A stretch of 63,321 nucleotides of DNA, the filler included, from Klebsormidium nitens (taxonomy: Eukaryota; Plantae; Klebsormidiophyceae), in assembly GCA_000708835.1 (NCBI GenBank). It is 3 parts of 3 records of this genome, joined end to end, with 100 filler letters (N's around TTAATTAATTAA, not from the genome) between each part and the next. Parts side by side here need not be neighbours in the genome. Positions count along the whole stretch, not along the records: positions 20,384 to 43,280 come from DF237885.1; 2 more parts are not named here. The stretch is one strand, 5' to 3'. Of this stretch, positions 27,001 to 37,331 are shown in pieces. The number at the start of each line of letters is the position of its first letter. The stretch's first letter is position 1. The notes below the pieces were generated by a model, which saw only the letters and a program-made list of their open reading frames with translations, ran no database searches and was not told where the DNA came from. Position numbers and translations under genes: made by a program.

Positions 27001-28976
27001 ACATAAGCCAGCCTCAATAAGTATGTTCGTAAGTGGAACGAGTCTAGGCGGTATGCTAACAGGGCGTGCTTGGAAATCAGCGTTCTGCGACGCTCCGTAC
27101 AGTTTGGAGAGAGCCCCCACTGCGATGTTGAATTGCTAACAGGCCAAGTGGATGGCTATGAAAGGGTTGGCTGGGGACGAAACGAGGTGGGCAAACGGAA
27201 GATAGGAGAGGGGATGTGCAGAAAGCGAGATGGGCTGTTGACAAAACGAGCGACTGTTGGCAAATTGGATTTGGGCTGTCAAGGTCAAAAGACAGGTTGT
27301 AAAGATACGAGATGGGCTCCTATCTTAACCGACGGGCTGTGTGAGAAATGACGATGGGCTGCTATTGAGGGGACGAGGTGTTGGGGAATAAGCTGTTGAT
27401 AATAAGAGACGGGCCTTGGATACAAGAGTGAGGCCCTGATGCTCACCTATACCCACGGTGAAAATGACGAGCCGTGTGTATTCCAGAGGCGGTTTGCAGA
27501 TGAGGACCACTATATACCCTAAGAAGCAACCGATCGTGCAACCCGCCAAGATGTTAATCGGAATAAAGTACCTGCAGATTCAACGATTGGACTCTTCAGG
27601 CTTCAGCAGCCCAGCAAGCTAACTCTGACAGGTCCTCATTCACTATTGAAGAGCACAAGGTGCCTTTTGCAGACTTCAGTCTCAGCCGCACATTGATGGC
27701 CTTAGCAAGCGATACGGTTGAGCCATTTTGAGTAAACGTCTTCACATGAGACCTTCTTTTTAGACAGGCTGGGCGTTTGTCATTCAGGGCACGGGTCGCT
27801 CAACAAAGACTAGGCCAGACGTCCGTAAGAACGGGATACCAAAGTCAATTCAAATTAGACAACCACTCATTGATAAACAGGACTCCATCGATTCCGGGAG
27901 TTCTTTCTTTGACGAACGGATTCCAGACTAATCGACAAAGGGGTTTTGCACTTGATTGGCCACCCCCCCCAAGTCCAAACGGCACTTCGCAGAGCAGGCA
28001 ATTCAAAAGCGCTTTGGTGAGAAGGCCCGGAAACTCAGACTTGCCCTTCAATGCAAAAGTGATATCGACACCCAGACTGAGCTTTACAACCCACATCGTA
28101 GGTTTTCAAATTATAAGAAGAACGTCAAGTATCGTGATACCATAAAACTCACCACTTGATCATGTTTGTGATGTCGACACCTTGGCCCAGTTTCACAAAC
28201 ACCAGTGCCGGCAGTAGCAACACGAAAACGAGCTGCGAAAACGGGATGTTTGTCAGCTTTTATGAAGTTACGAAGCTAAACTCTCTGGGCGGAACGGGGG
28301 TAGATTAGCCGACCCATGCTGGGGACGCTTGTATCGACGGCTATGAAGCGTTGCGATGAAACTTCCTTGCTTGACTTGGGCTTTCGAAACATCCTGATTG
28401 GTAGTTGGCAACCTAGATGGAGTTACTGTCAGTATTTCTCTAGTTCAAAGCGAGTAGCCAGAGAATGGCTCTAGGCAGGATCAGAGTGGCTACCAGGAAA
28501 ATATATTGTGTCGCTCACTTGACAGCGTGACAGCGATTGGCCTCTGGGAACAGCGAGTCACATAGATTCCGACAGTCCTGATTGTGTAATTTCCCACGGT
28601 GCTACAGTGTTTCTGGGCCTCGTTGTCAGCATTCTCAAGGAGGGCGTTTCTCAGCACAAGACCAGTCCCCACAATCAGGAGAACTTTAAGCACAGCAAGA
28701 ACCCAACATCACCACTAGCTGTCAGCACTCAACCATTTTACAACTTACCTTGCTGATGTGCTTCCGAGCCTCGACATTCAGCACACCCATGTAGGGGGTC
28801 GCCAGCACCAGGCCCGTCCCCGCAATGATGAGCACTTTCAGGACCGGTAGACAGGCCGAAAGAATCAGCTTCCGTAGGTCCATTTGGTGGGCCGGTTGGG
28901 GGGCGCCCGTTAACGCCCCCGCCGCACCCTCTAGGGCGCCACTCAGCCATGGGGGGAGGAAACCGGCGTCCGCCAT
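21070..28976 (-). CDS. PILS: PIN-LIKES (PILS) auxin carrier, 10 exons, about 420 aa
   Basis: Exons 28976-28749, 28232-28153, 27571-27447, 26904-26783, 26131-25961, 25138-25076, 24521-24421, 23638-23586, 22236-22048 and 21200-21070 total 1263 nt and are phase-consistent. Motifs: LPVLKVL, LVFVLLLPALVFVKLGQ, WYFIPINI, GNMGNLPLVLVTAVCQDPSNPFGD, AMIPCLILVLGGNL, DKMYIFVLLLQHTMPTSI, EKEISAALFWEHICALFS. Confidence 0.93.
21773..22000 (-). repeat. Two diverged tandem copies of the 3' end of PILS exon 9 plus donor region
   Basis: Copies end at 21910 (donor mutated to TTGAGT) and 21773 (intact GTGAGT, reading LLLQHTMPTFIQVG). They are spaced 138 and 137 bp from the true donor at 22047. Confidence 0.8.
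22345..22960 (-). repeat. Four diverged tandem copies of the PILS intron 8 acceptor plus exon 9 5' end
   Basis: Copies start after CAG at 22405 (GPGASDLNSATMVEICVTRLV), 22556 (GLSPSTLNSAITV), 22763 (YGTSNLKRASTVGFC) and 22929 (GLSASHLNSFTMMGICIGRLV). The real exon at 22236 reads GPGASDLNSATMVGICIMRLV. Confidence 0.85.
25690..25857 (-). repeat. Two copies of the PILS exon 5 3' end, each bounded by AG and GT (61 nt each)
   Basis: 25857-25797 and 25750-25690 align to LRAPLLDDSERKLTRSLYKK and end in AAG|GTGGG like the real donor at 25960. Confidence 0.85.
28045..28090 (-). repeat. Diverged copy of the PILS exon 2 3' end
   Basis: Reads VVKLSLGVDITFALKG|gcaagt versus the real FVKLGQGVDITNMIKW|gtgagt. 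Confidence 0.65.
28598..28700 (-). repeat. Diverged copy of the PILS exon 1 3' half
   Basis: Reads VLKVLLIVGTGLVL...NEAQKHCST|gtggga versus the real VLKVLIIAGTGLVL...VEARKHISK|gtaagt. Confidence 0.8.
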
Positions 28977-31900
28977 GGGTGTGAATTGGCTCTTTCTGAA
29001 GTACTGGTGTAAATTGGCTCACAGGGACTTGGTGGTGAGAATGGACAAAAGAGGAGACACTCCGGTTGGACTAGCGGAAGTGTGCGGTGTGAACTGGTCT
29101 GTGGATCACGTGGTGTGAATCAGCTTCAAGGGATTGGCGTGTGAATGGCCTTTGGAAAGCGGGATTGGACAGGCAGTCTGGTTTAAACAGGCTCCGGGAC
29201 AAACTCCTTCCTGATGGGGCTACTTGCGCCAATAGTTTTGAACAGGCTGATTAAATTCCAAAAGTTTCCTCCGCCCTTGCTTGACTACGTTAGTATGTAT
29301 GGTTTCAACGGATCAGGGAATTAGTACCTGCAAGCGCAAAGGCATCACCTCAGAGCGGAAGTAGTTGAGATTCCTCAAGAGATAAGAGTCAGTTTGATTG
29401 CAAGGCCGCTTGCTGTAAAACGAGAGGGACTTCCAAAAGTCAATCTGATGTAGAAACTCTGCCAAGGTTCAAAATACGAGCAGTCTGAGCTGCAAAAGTC
29501 CAAACTTCTAGCGGCCTAAATGACCTCCTTTGACAAGTCTAGCGCATACCCTCGTTGCTTGCGATCTGGAGTCATCGCAGGATACTATTCAAATCAATCA
29601 CATCCTTAAGGAAAAATGAAGATGTGATGTCCACTACGGATAATGTCTCCAGCGTGAGAACCACAGAATTGCGGCAATGCTGTCAATGCTGTCAATGCTT
29701 GTTTGTCCAAAACCACAAATCTGAAGATGTTATTACATATGAATTGAGATGAGCCCTCTGCCTGATCTGCATGTCGAGCACCCTTCAATAGATGGCCGCA
29801 GATTTACCGGTAGCGTTTGTAGCCAAGTAATCTGTGAACTGGGAGAGATGTACCTTCAAAGAATGAAATTGTACGGCAGATACAATTTCCAGGGAGCCCG
29901 CAGCCAGAATCTCGTCCTTCAGCCTAGATCACATTGAGACCAATGCAATTGAGTGAAACATTGTTTGTTTGCTTACCTGGCAAATTGAAAATCTCGATGC
30001 AAAGTCTGTGCAATAGGCGAATGCTGTGTCTAAACTTCACGTGTGCTCAATGCTGCCTAGGTTGGGACGGGCTTCATACAACTCAAAATGCAAAATTCCT
30101 CGCAGTGCATCCTGTCACTGCAAAACGCAGCCACCTAATGCAGCGCCTCCGACAATCCACTTTCTTTGGGAAGATGCTCATTCCAGTGGTCAACCAGCTC
30201 AAACCTCAACATTGATCCAAGCTCCCGAATTTGATCAGTGGCGAGAAGAGTGCGCAGACCTAGCGGTGCTTCGCACACATGCGAGCAGCATCTTCCTTTT
30301 GACTGGAAATTCCAGCTTTCAAGCCATGGATTCGAAACTTGGAACTTGGCAGTCAGTATGCACGCTTCTGGGGCTTTGACACCACCGTCCTTTTCTGTGC
30401 CCTGTTGGCAGGCTGTGTCAAAACAAAAGTTCGGCAACGCGGCGACGCCCTCACTCTAATTACTGGAGGGCGTCGCCAGCAAACTTTAGGGTCCGCATTT
30501 GTGGTTGCCAGAGAGCATTTAATGCTAACTCCATCGGACGATCCAAAGGGTCAGAGTTGGGGGCTGCCCCCAGCAAACCAAATGGAGTTCGACCTTGTTT
30601 TCAACCGCTCGATGGGCGCCACGTGTCTCCCCTGGCCCGAGGCTCGTGCGGTCCGCATAAATCGTGACTTTGCGCCGTCGAAGTGCAAAAGTTGGGTCAG
30701 TGCCGCTGGGCTGCCGGTTTTTGGCTACCGGCGGGCCTTTCCGACTAAAGGTAAGGTGGTGATCCTGTCCATGTTACCTAATGCCCATTGGTCTACCCGC
30801 TGATTGTATACGAATGGGCATTAGGAAAGCCCGGCCGCTATATTTCACCGCTTTTCATCAAAATAGCTCAGGTGGTTTTGAATCGATCTCAGACCTGCTG
30901 GTAAGTTGTCGCGACGTGAAGATCAGAAATTTTGTCACGAGCAGATGGATAGCATGCACGGACAAGCCCGCCGGAGTTGCACCATTTCTCAATCCCGGAG
31001 CTCAATCCGATTGAATAGGTCGTGCGGGGACAATGTAAAGACTCGCACAACCGGGCTAGCTTCTGCTCGCAACTTGTATAATCTGCAACTGACAGGATTC
31101 GAGATGCTTAGATGATAGATGCACAAAGCTTGCTCGGATACATATCGAGTATGGTCCGATTGACCACAAATGTTGCCTTCGCGCGTCATGGCATTCAAAC
31201 GTTCGTCACTACGGCGGTATGTGTATCGATCAAAGCGTAGAACAGATCCAGGCTTTGACTTGGTACCGTACGTGGAATTCGTAAGCATTTCATAAGGAGC
31301 TAGACCGGTTCTGCATGTTCGTATTCTACCCAACTGCATGGGCGATGCTTAAGGCATGCGCAATAACGTAAAGACTTCAGGTGATTCATGTAATGCACGC
31401 ATGACTCAATCAACTGATGGCAGTTAATGGAGCAGAGGAAAAGCATTCAAGGAATGTAAAAGAGCCATTAGCTGGCTGGTGGGATTGCATGGTACCGTGT
31501 GTTCTATTAAGACCATGAGATTAATTTTGGGTCAAATTAATATGAGAAGCAGAATAACACTATGTGTCTGTAGTACCTAAAGTCCACATGCATGACAGAC
31601 GCGCAAGTTGTACAGAAGTAAGGGGTACAAGTGCAGCTCGTCAATCATGCGAGAATAGCGAGAATCTGGGAAATCAAGCACCTCATCATGCAGGCACGTA
31701 TAGTTGTACATGATAGCCAATTGAATGCCATGAGGGTCTAGCTTTGAGAGCAAGAAGCATAACACTGAGACGAGCGTCTTGGTATACACACAGCTTGCGG
31801 TGTTCAAACAACATCTCACATTTACTCTCACCAACCATGCACTTAGACTCATATCGAAACCTCTACCCGAAACTTTATAGTGCCCTGCAGGCCCGTCTTA

Positions 31901-32566
31901 TGCAAATTTCTTTACGGCCACAACAAGCCCGGCCCGCTCCAACCGGCCCTTGTAAACCATACCCAAATCCCCCTTCCCGAGCAGGTTTTGACGGCGGGGC
32001 GTTGAACAGACTTCTTTTTACCGCCTATAAAGGAAGTATCTCATTCCAACTTTCACTCCTCACCTCCTTCGACGCCAAGCCAAGGTCGCGACTTCAACAA
32101 ACATCTGAATTTCTCTCACCAACTCTGTGTTACCTATGTGCCCCCTCTCTTGAGCCGCATTATTTCTTCCTTGAGCGCTTCGTTCTCTGACCGTAGTCGG
32201 GTTATCTCGTTCACGTTCGCCTAACATGGACAGAAAAGGAGCTCATAAGCCAAAGAATTGGAATCAGAGAAGCCTGACCTGTGCAAATTTCAATTTAAAC
32301 AGCAATAAATTCTCCAGAAACAGCTTGATGTAGCCAAAGAAATATCCAAATTCGATGTTGGATGTCAAACCAAATGAAAAGATATTCCAAGCCTTCAACC
32401 TTCTTTTTCAGGAAATGTGTGCCTTCTTCTCTTGCAAAACGTGAACACTCGTCTAAGAACTCGAACAGAAGAACCATGAGTTATGCGCATCTTCACTCAA
32501 TAAAAGAACACGCAACTCCTGTTTCATTCCAACTCTTCCCCTATCTAAAGAAGAAGTTGCTCTCTT

Positions 32567-34484
32567 CTAAGTAAAAAGATGAATCATATAAGTAGCCCAC
32601 ACCTTCAGAAGCTCTGCTCTCTTTGTTGACAGCAATCCACACCGCTGCAGCACGCTGAGAGAGTTTTCTGCCATGTGCTGTTCCATTGCCTGCGCCCGCT
32701 CAGCCCACACTTCATAAGGCTGCTCGCACATCTCCGGCAGCATGAGGGCCACAATCAACCGTAGTAGGCCGATCATGCCGTCGGGCCCCGTCTTCCGCCA
32801 GTAGGCCTCTCCGGAGCACCGCACCTTCGCTCTGACAGTGCCGTCTTTCTGCCGGTTTGCAATGACCAGCACCCCCAACCACCGCTCCCAGTCCGTTGGG
32901 AAGCCAAACCCTCTTCCAAACCGGGGGACAACCTCATCCTCTTGCAGGAGAGAAGAGGAGCTGGAGCTCCGGGTTAAGCCAGCACTACTGCTGGCAGCAC
33001 CTGAGTCACCATCGCTTTTCCGCCTCTTCTGGACGTCTATTGTTGCCTCAGCCTCGTCATCGAGCCGCCAGTTCTCCTCTAACTGCGCAGACACTCCCCC
33101 GATGCACTGGAAGAACCCCCCCCACTCTGTCTTCAAGTTCTTTTTCACCTCGGCATTGCCTTCGTGCCGCGTTGCCGATGGACCCTTTGCAGTGTGAACG
33201 CGCAAAACCGCACATTCGGTCCTCCCCTTCGTCTGCTTGCCAGTCACCCACTGCTCGTGGGATACAATCATTTCCGGCTCCAGCAGGAGCGCTTCGAATG
33301 CATCCATCACGTTCTGCTCGGCGAGATGCTGTGGATCTTCAGGAATGCTGTCCCCAACAAGACGCTCCTTGCTGGAAAACGCAGCTGCAGAACACAGAAG
33401 ACAGCTTTCAATAGTCTGCTTAAATTTGGATGAGCGATGCAGCCCTTGAAACGACTGCAGGTCCAGGGAATAACTCCAAAAATGCATACCATAATTGATC
33501 TAGAAGCCAGACTGCAGCTGTCCTTAAAAACTTTACAGCTCATCCAGCTTGTTGAGTGGATTTCATATGCAAGGCCACCAGATAACATCGGCACCCCTCA
33601 TTTGAAGCAGGATGACAAAAATATGGAATTCTTGAAGCAGGAGGCCACTAAGCACCATTAATTTTAGCACCTCAAGAAGCTGCAGGTGACAAGCCCCAAG
33701 CATACCTCAAGCCGGCAGGAACTTGTTTAAAGAAAGCTTGCACTCCTCATGCCAACTTCTTGTCAAACAAAGAATTGGAGTCTCTCTACTTACCGATGGC
33801 TGTAAGGAGTGTACACACATGCATGTACAACTTTCTTTCGTCGCAGCCCATGATGTTCTGGGAGCTGTCCCCATAAAACATGTACAACTCGGCAAGGTAC
33901 AGGAACCTGAGCGTCACGTCAGCCAAGAGGGCGACAGTCTCCTCGCCAATCTTTTCAACATCAAGATCCAGCGATCCTTTAAGGCCCCTGGATTGCCAGC
34001 GAATATCGTTCGCTTTTGCTGGAATCTCGAAGTCCCAGATCCACTGCGGAAATGCTCTACAGAGCTCTTCCTTCCCCTTGATCTCGCCCAGCGAAGGTCC
34101 TCCCCGTTCTGCTGCCGTCCGCTTCCCAACCACCTTCTCCTTGTGTGCTATTTCATCTGGAGAGGTTGGAGGTGTCCACTTCTGGAGTTGTTTAATCAGA
34201 AGGTTCATGTCATTCTCGTTCTTGGCAACTCCAGCTTGTTTGTATAAAGCTTTGACAAACGCGTGGAAGCCTTTGCCAACCTCGAAAAGCACAGTGGCAT
34301 TCTCAGGCAGACTTCTTTGTGGATCATATGTTGCAAGCGCCGCGAGCGAATCCCGGAGATGCTGCTTCGCCTCCACTTTTCCCAGACGGGATTCTTGTAC
34401 TGCAAGACTACCCCTTGTGAGCCTCCCATGACAGGCCTCCATGGCGGTGCGGGTTGAGTTTTCTGGGCTCTCAAATCCCCTCAT
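32567..34484 (-). CDS. Hypothetical protein, 2 exons (34484-33794, 33384-32567), about 500 aa
   Basis: Two long protein-like ORFs are joined by a phase-1 GTAAGT...TGCAG intron. I recognise no domain. Confidence 0.6.
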
Positions 34485-34558
34485 ATATTACCAAAACAGC
34501 AGATGCTGGCTACCTGTCAGTCTGATATGTACACTGTACGCACATGCCAAGGAACCTA

Positions 34559-34845
34559 CCGTACCCACATGACGCTTGGGCAGAAATTAATTATTTTCTG
34601 GCGTGCCCAAATTATTAAAAATAATTGGGTAAAATCTGCCCAATGTTTTCAAATCTTCAAAAATTTCAATATTCAATTTTCAATCCGCGATTCATTTTGC
34701 CCCATAAAAAAACAGGAATATGGCAATATCTGCATTTGCCCAAAGTTTCAAACGGATCAGAAAACGAGTTTGTGCTTGCCCAAACGCCGTGAGATACGTT
34801 AATAAATATTGTGCAAAAAAGTGCCCAAGCGTCATGTGGGTACGG
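34559..34845. mobile_element. MITE, Tc1/mariner-type (TA TSD)
   Basis: Perfect 24-bp TIRs CCGTACCCACATGACGCTTGGGCA (34559-34582 and 34822-34845), flanked by TA on both sides, with an AT-rich non-coding interior. Confidence 0.75.
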
Positions 34846-35489
34846 TACTTCCGTCCATGTATTTTGGCCGGTTCCGTCCATTTTGTCTTGTCGACGACGG
34901 CCGGAAAAATCACGCCTTACTTTTTCCGTCCGGCGCTCGGACAGACTGCAACTTCCGTCCACAGAGCTGCCCCGGGGTGCTTTTCCGCAGGGATCTCTAG
35001 CCGGTAGAGGCCACCGGGCATCGGAAAAGGCTCGAACGGGAACCCCGGCCTGGAGGTTCAGTCTTGGGCCCGTGAGTGGCCGGTGTGGGAACAAGAACAT
35101 TTTATATATGTTGTCCATTTTGGAGAGCCCATGAGGTTTATGGTTTTCACTGCCTAAGTGGGGGCCCGGGTGAAAGCAGAGCTACCTCCACAGCCCGGGC
35201 ACCGCCGATATGCTCCGGCGACCTCAGCACGAAACCCTCTTTCAATTTTGAGCTAACCCGGCTAAGTGGGGGGTTATTTGACACTCAATTAGTGCAGTAA
35301 CCCTCGCTGCCAGACCACTTCTTCAACGTCCACTTCCAGCTTTCACTTCCACCAACTTCCACCTTTTTCTACCGGGCACCTTGTACTTGATCGCATGGGG
35401 GGTTGAATAGAACCGGCCCCGGGGGCAGAATTTGCGAGAAAACAAAGCGTGTGTTCGCCCCCCACTGCCAGAGCGGACCGTAGCCCCCG

Positions 35490-35551
35490 CAGTCGATTTT
35501 TGCAATCTATATAGTCCTTTAGATATAGTTATTAGTCGCAAAAATCTACTG
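35490..35551 (-). repeat. 62-bp hairpin element, copy 1
   Basis: CAGTCGATTTTTGCA...TCGCAAAAATCTACTG, the reverse-complement orientation of the intronic copies downstream. Confidence 0.9.
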
Positions 35552-36142
35552 ATATTTTGGGGACCGTCCGCTGCAGACCGCGTCGATTCCCGACCGTTCG
35601 ATCGCGCGTCGACGGTTTTCCTAAAGCGGTTGCGGTTTCCTCCCCGGCGGGCCGCCGATGCTGACTCGGCGGGCAGCCGACATGTTCCAGAAGCTTCCAT
35701 TATGCTCCGATTGGTGGGGAAGGTGCTTCAACTCAGCACTTTCCCGCCTCTGTATTCAAACCTCAGTTGCCGACCAGCCGCTCAGGGGCGCAACAAAAGC
35801 ATCATCGCAAGTGCAGCGCTGCCTCCTCAAACTTGCTTTGCATCTCAGCGCCCATCGCAAACATGGCAGCACGACCGGTCCATGGCTTGCAATCAATGGA
35901 ACTTACAGTTTGCAGATTTCCGAAGAACTATGCGCCTATCAGGAACTCCGACCTCGGAGAGGCTCACCATGATGCTGCTGAAAGAACGAGCGCTTGCCTC
36001 TTGATCAACCAGGTGAGCTGTAAGAGCTCACCAACTCAGTCGTCAACCGAGGGTTTGCGATAGGTTCCAGCTCCATCACAAGGCCAGCTCCGGTCATGCT
36101 CCTGTTTCTCAGCTCCACTCCAGGATTTGGTGCGCCTGATTG

Positions 36143-36907
36143 TCAGAGCTCCCAATCAATTTGTGTATGCTTCCAGGCCATGGCTGCGGTCTCCCCATCA
36201 TCATCCTGCAACAGCGCATCGCTTTCAGAGGGCTCCTCCAGAGGCAGTCTAGACTCGTCCGACGGCGGTCGGATGCAGTCGCCGGTGAGCTTTCTATTGG
36301 ATTGCCTTCCAACCATCCATCGATGATTGATGCACGGTCCTTCCGAAGGATTGGCAGCTGTTGTTTGCGAGTCGTGCGGGATGCCTTGGGGGTTTCGTCT
36401 GAGCCTAGACTCCAGACAGGATTTGCGAGCTAGCGCGTGGTTCTGGTCCCCCCTCCTCTCGCCAGAGCCTCAGCAGTCGATTTTTGTCAGGTATATTGTT
36501 CTATAATCTATAGAGTTGTTTGCAAGAATCTACTGATTCCAAGTTCCTGCAACGCGTCAGCCCTAGCTAGAGAGGGGCGCGTGCCAGCTGGCGGTAAGCC
36601 TCACATGCTCGCGCAGAGTTTGCAGAGAGTCGGGAGTTGCGAGCTAGCGCGCGGTCCTCCTCCATCTCTTCCGGCTGACGGTCACCCAGTAGATTTTTGT
36701 CACCTATATAGTCCTAAAGATATAGAGTATAGTCGCAAGAATCTACTAATTTTTTGAGTGACCCCACGCCTTCCAGGTCGCGCTACCCATCAGCAATCTA
36801 CCGCACCCAGAGGGCTCCCCCGGGGTGGGCACCGGAACTCCGGGTGGCGGCCCTCCACAATCTCCGGTAACCAGCCACCCCATGCTCGTGGATGCGCTTG
36901 CTTCCAT
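36143..36907 (-). CDS. Possible small 2-exon protein (about 119 aa) with an internal TGDC..PP......EPS repeat
   Basis: Exons 36907-36763 and 36357-36143 join in phase 1 across an intron that contains hairpin copies 2-3. The donor GTCACT is weak. Confidence 0.3.
36420..36760 (-). repeat. Two tandem ~213-bp units containing 62-bp hairpin copies 2 and 3 (36474-36535, 36687-36748)
   Basis: Reverse complement of the unit arrayed at 40445-40969. It shares both the hairpin and the downstream GGTGACCGTCAG...GGAGGAGGACC...GCAAACTCTGCGCGAGCA...CCAGCTGGCAC tract. Confidence 0.88.
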
Positions 36908-37331
36908 GACTCTGCACGAGGAATCCAGCAACCCCTCTCTTGCAAAGCGCTATCGCCCGCGCCCCCGCCACTGCAAGATCCCATCATCCGTGGATCTAAC
37001 CTCTGACCTTGCGCTCCTCGCTTGCAGGAAGGCAACGGCGCGGATATTCACGGTGCATCCGAGTCCCGCTCGGACGAAGAAGACAGCACCGTCACCCAGC
37101 TTCCCACCCCAAAGCGCAGCAGGTAGGGGCGCTTTGCTAGGGGCTTCGCCCGCCTCCTCTTCGATCGCCAAGCTGCTCGTGCATCTTGCAAGCCCACACG
37201 AGTCTGTCGCAAGCAGGCCTCGCTCTTTCTGCACTCTGGACCTAATCGTTATTAGTACATTCAACAGGCGCACAGCAAACACTCAACTGCCAACGCACAC
37301 CGCTGAGACGAGCAGAAAGGCCGCCTCCTTC

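Noticed and set aside
27300-27720. Weak PILS-like fragments near exons 2-3 (SLAKAINV; IVIS), with similar ones near exons 4 and 8
   Set aside because: Similarity is marginal and no clear splice site is retained, so they are not counted as echoes.
29100-32300. Short ORFs and a TATA-like CTATAAAGG near 32023 followed by a pyrimidine-rich tract
   Set aside because: No coherent exon chain or recognisable domain, and no downstream plus-strand ORF to support a promoter call.
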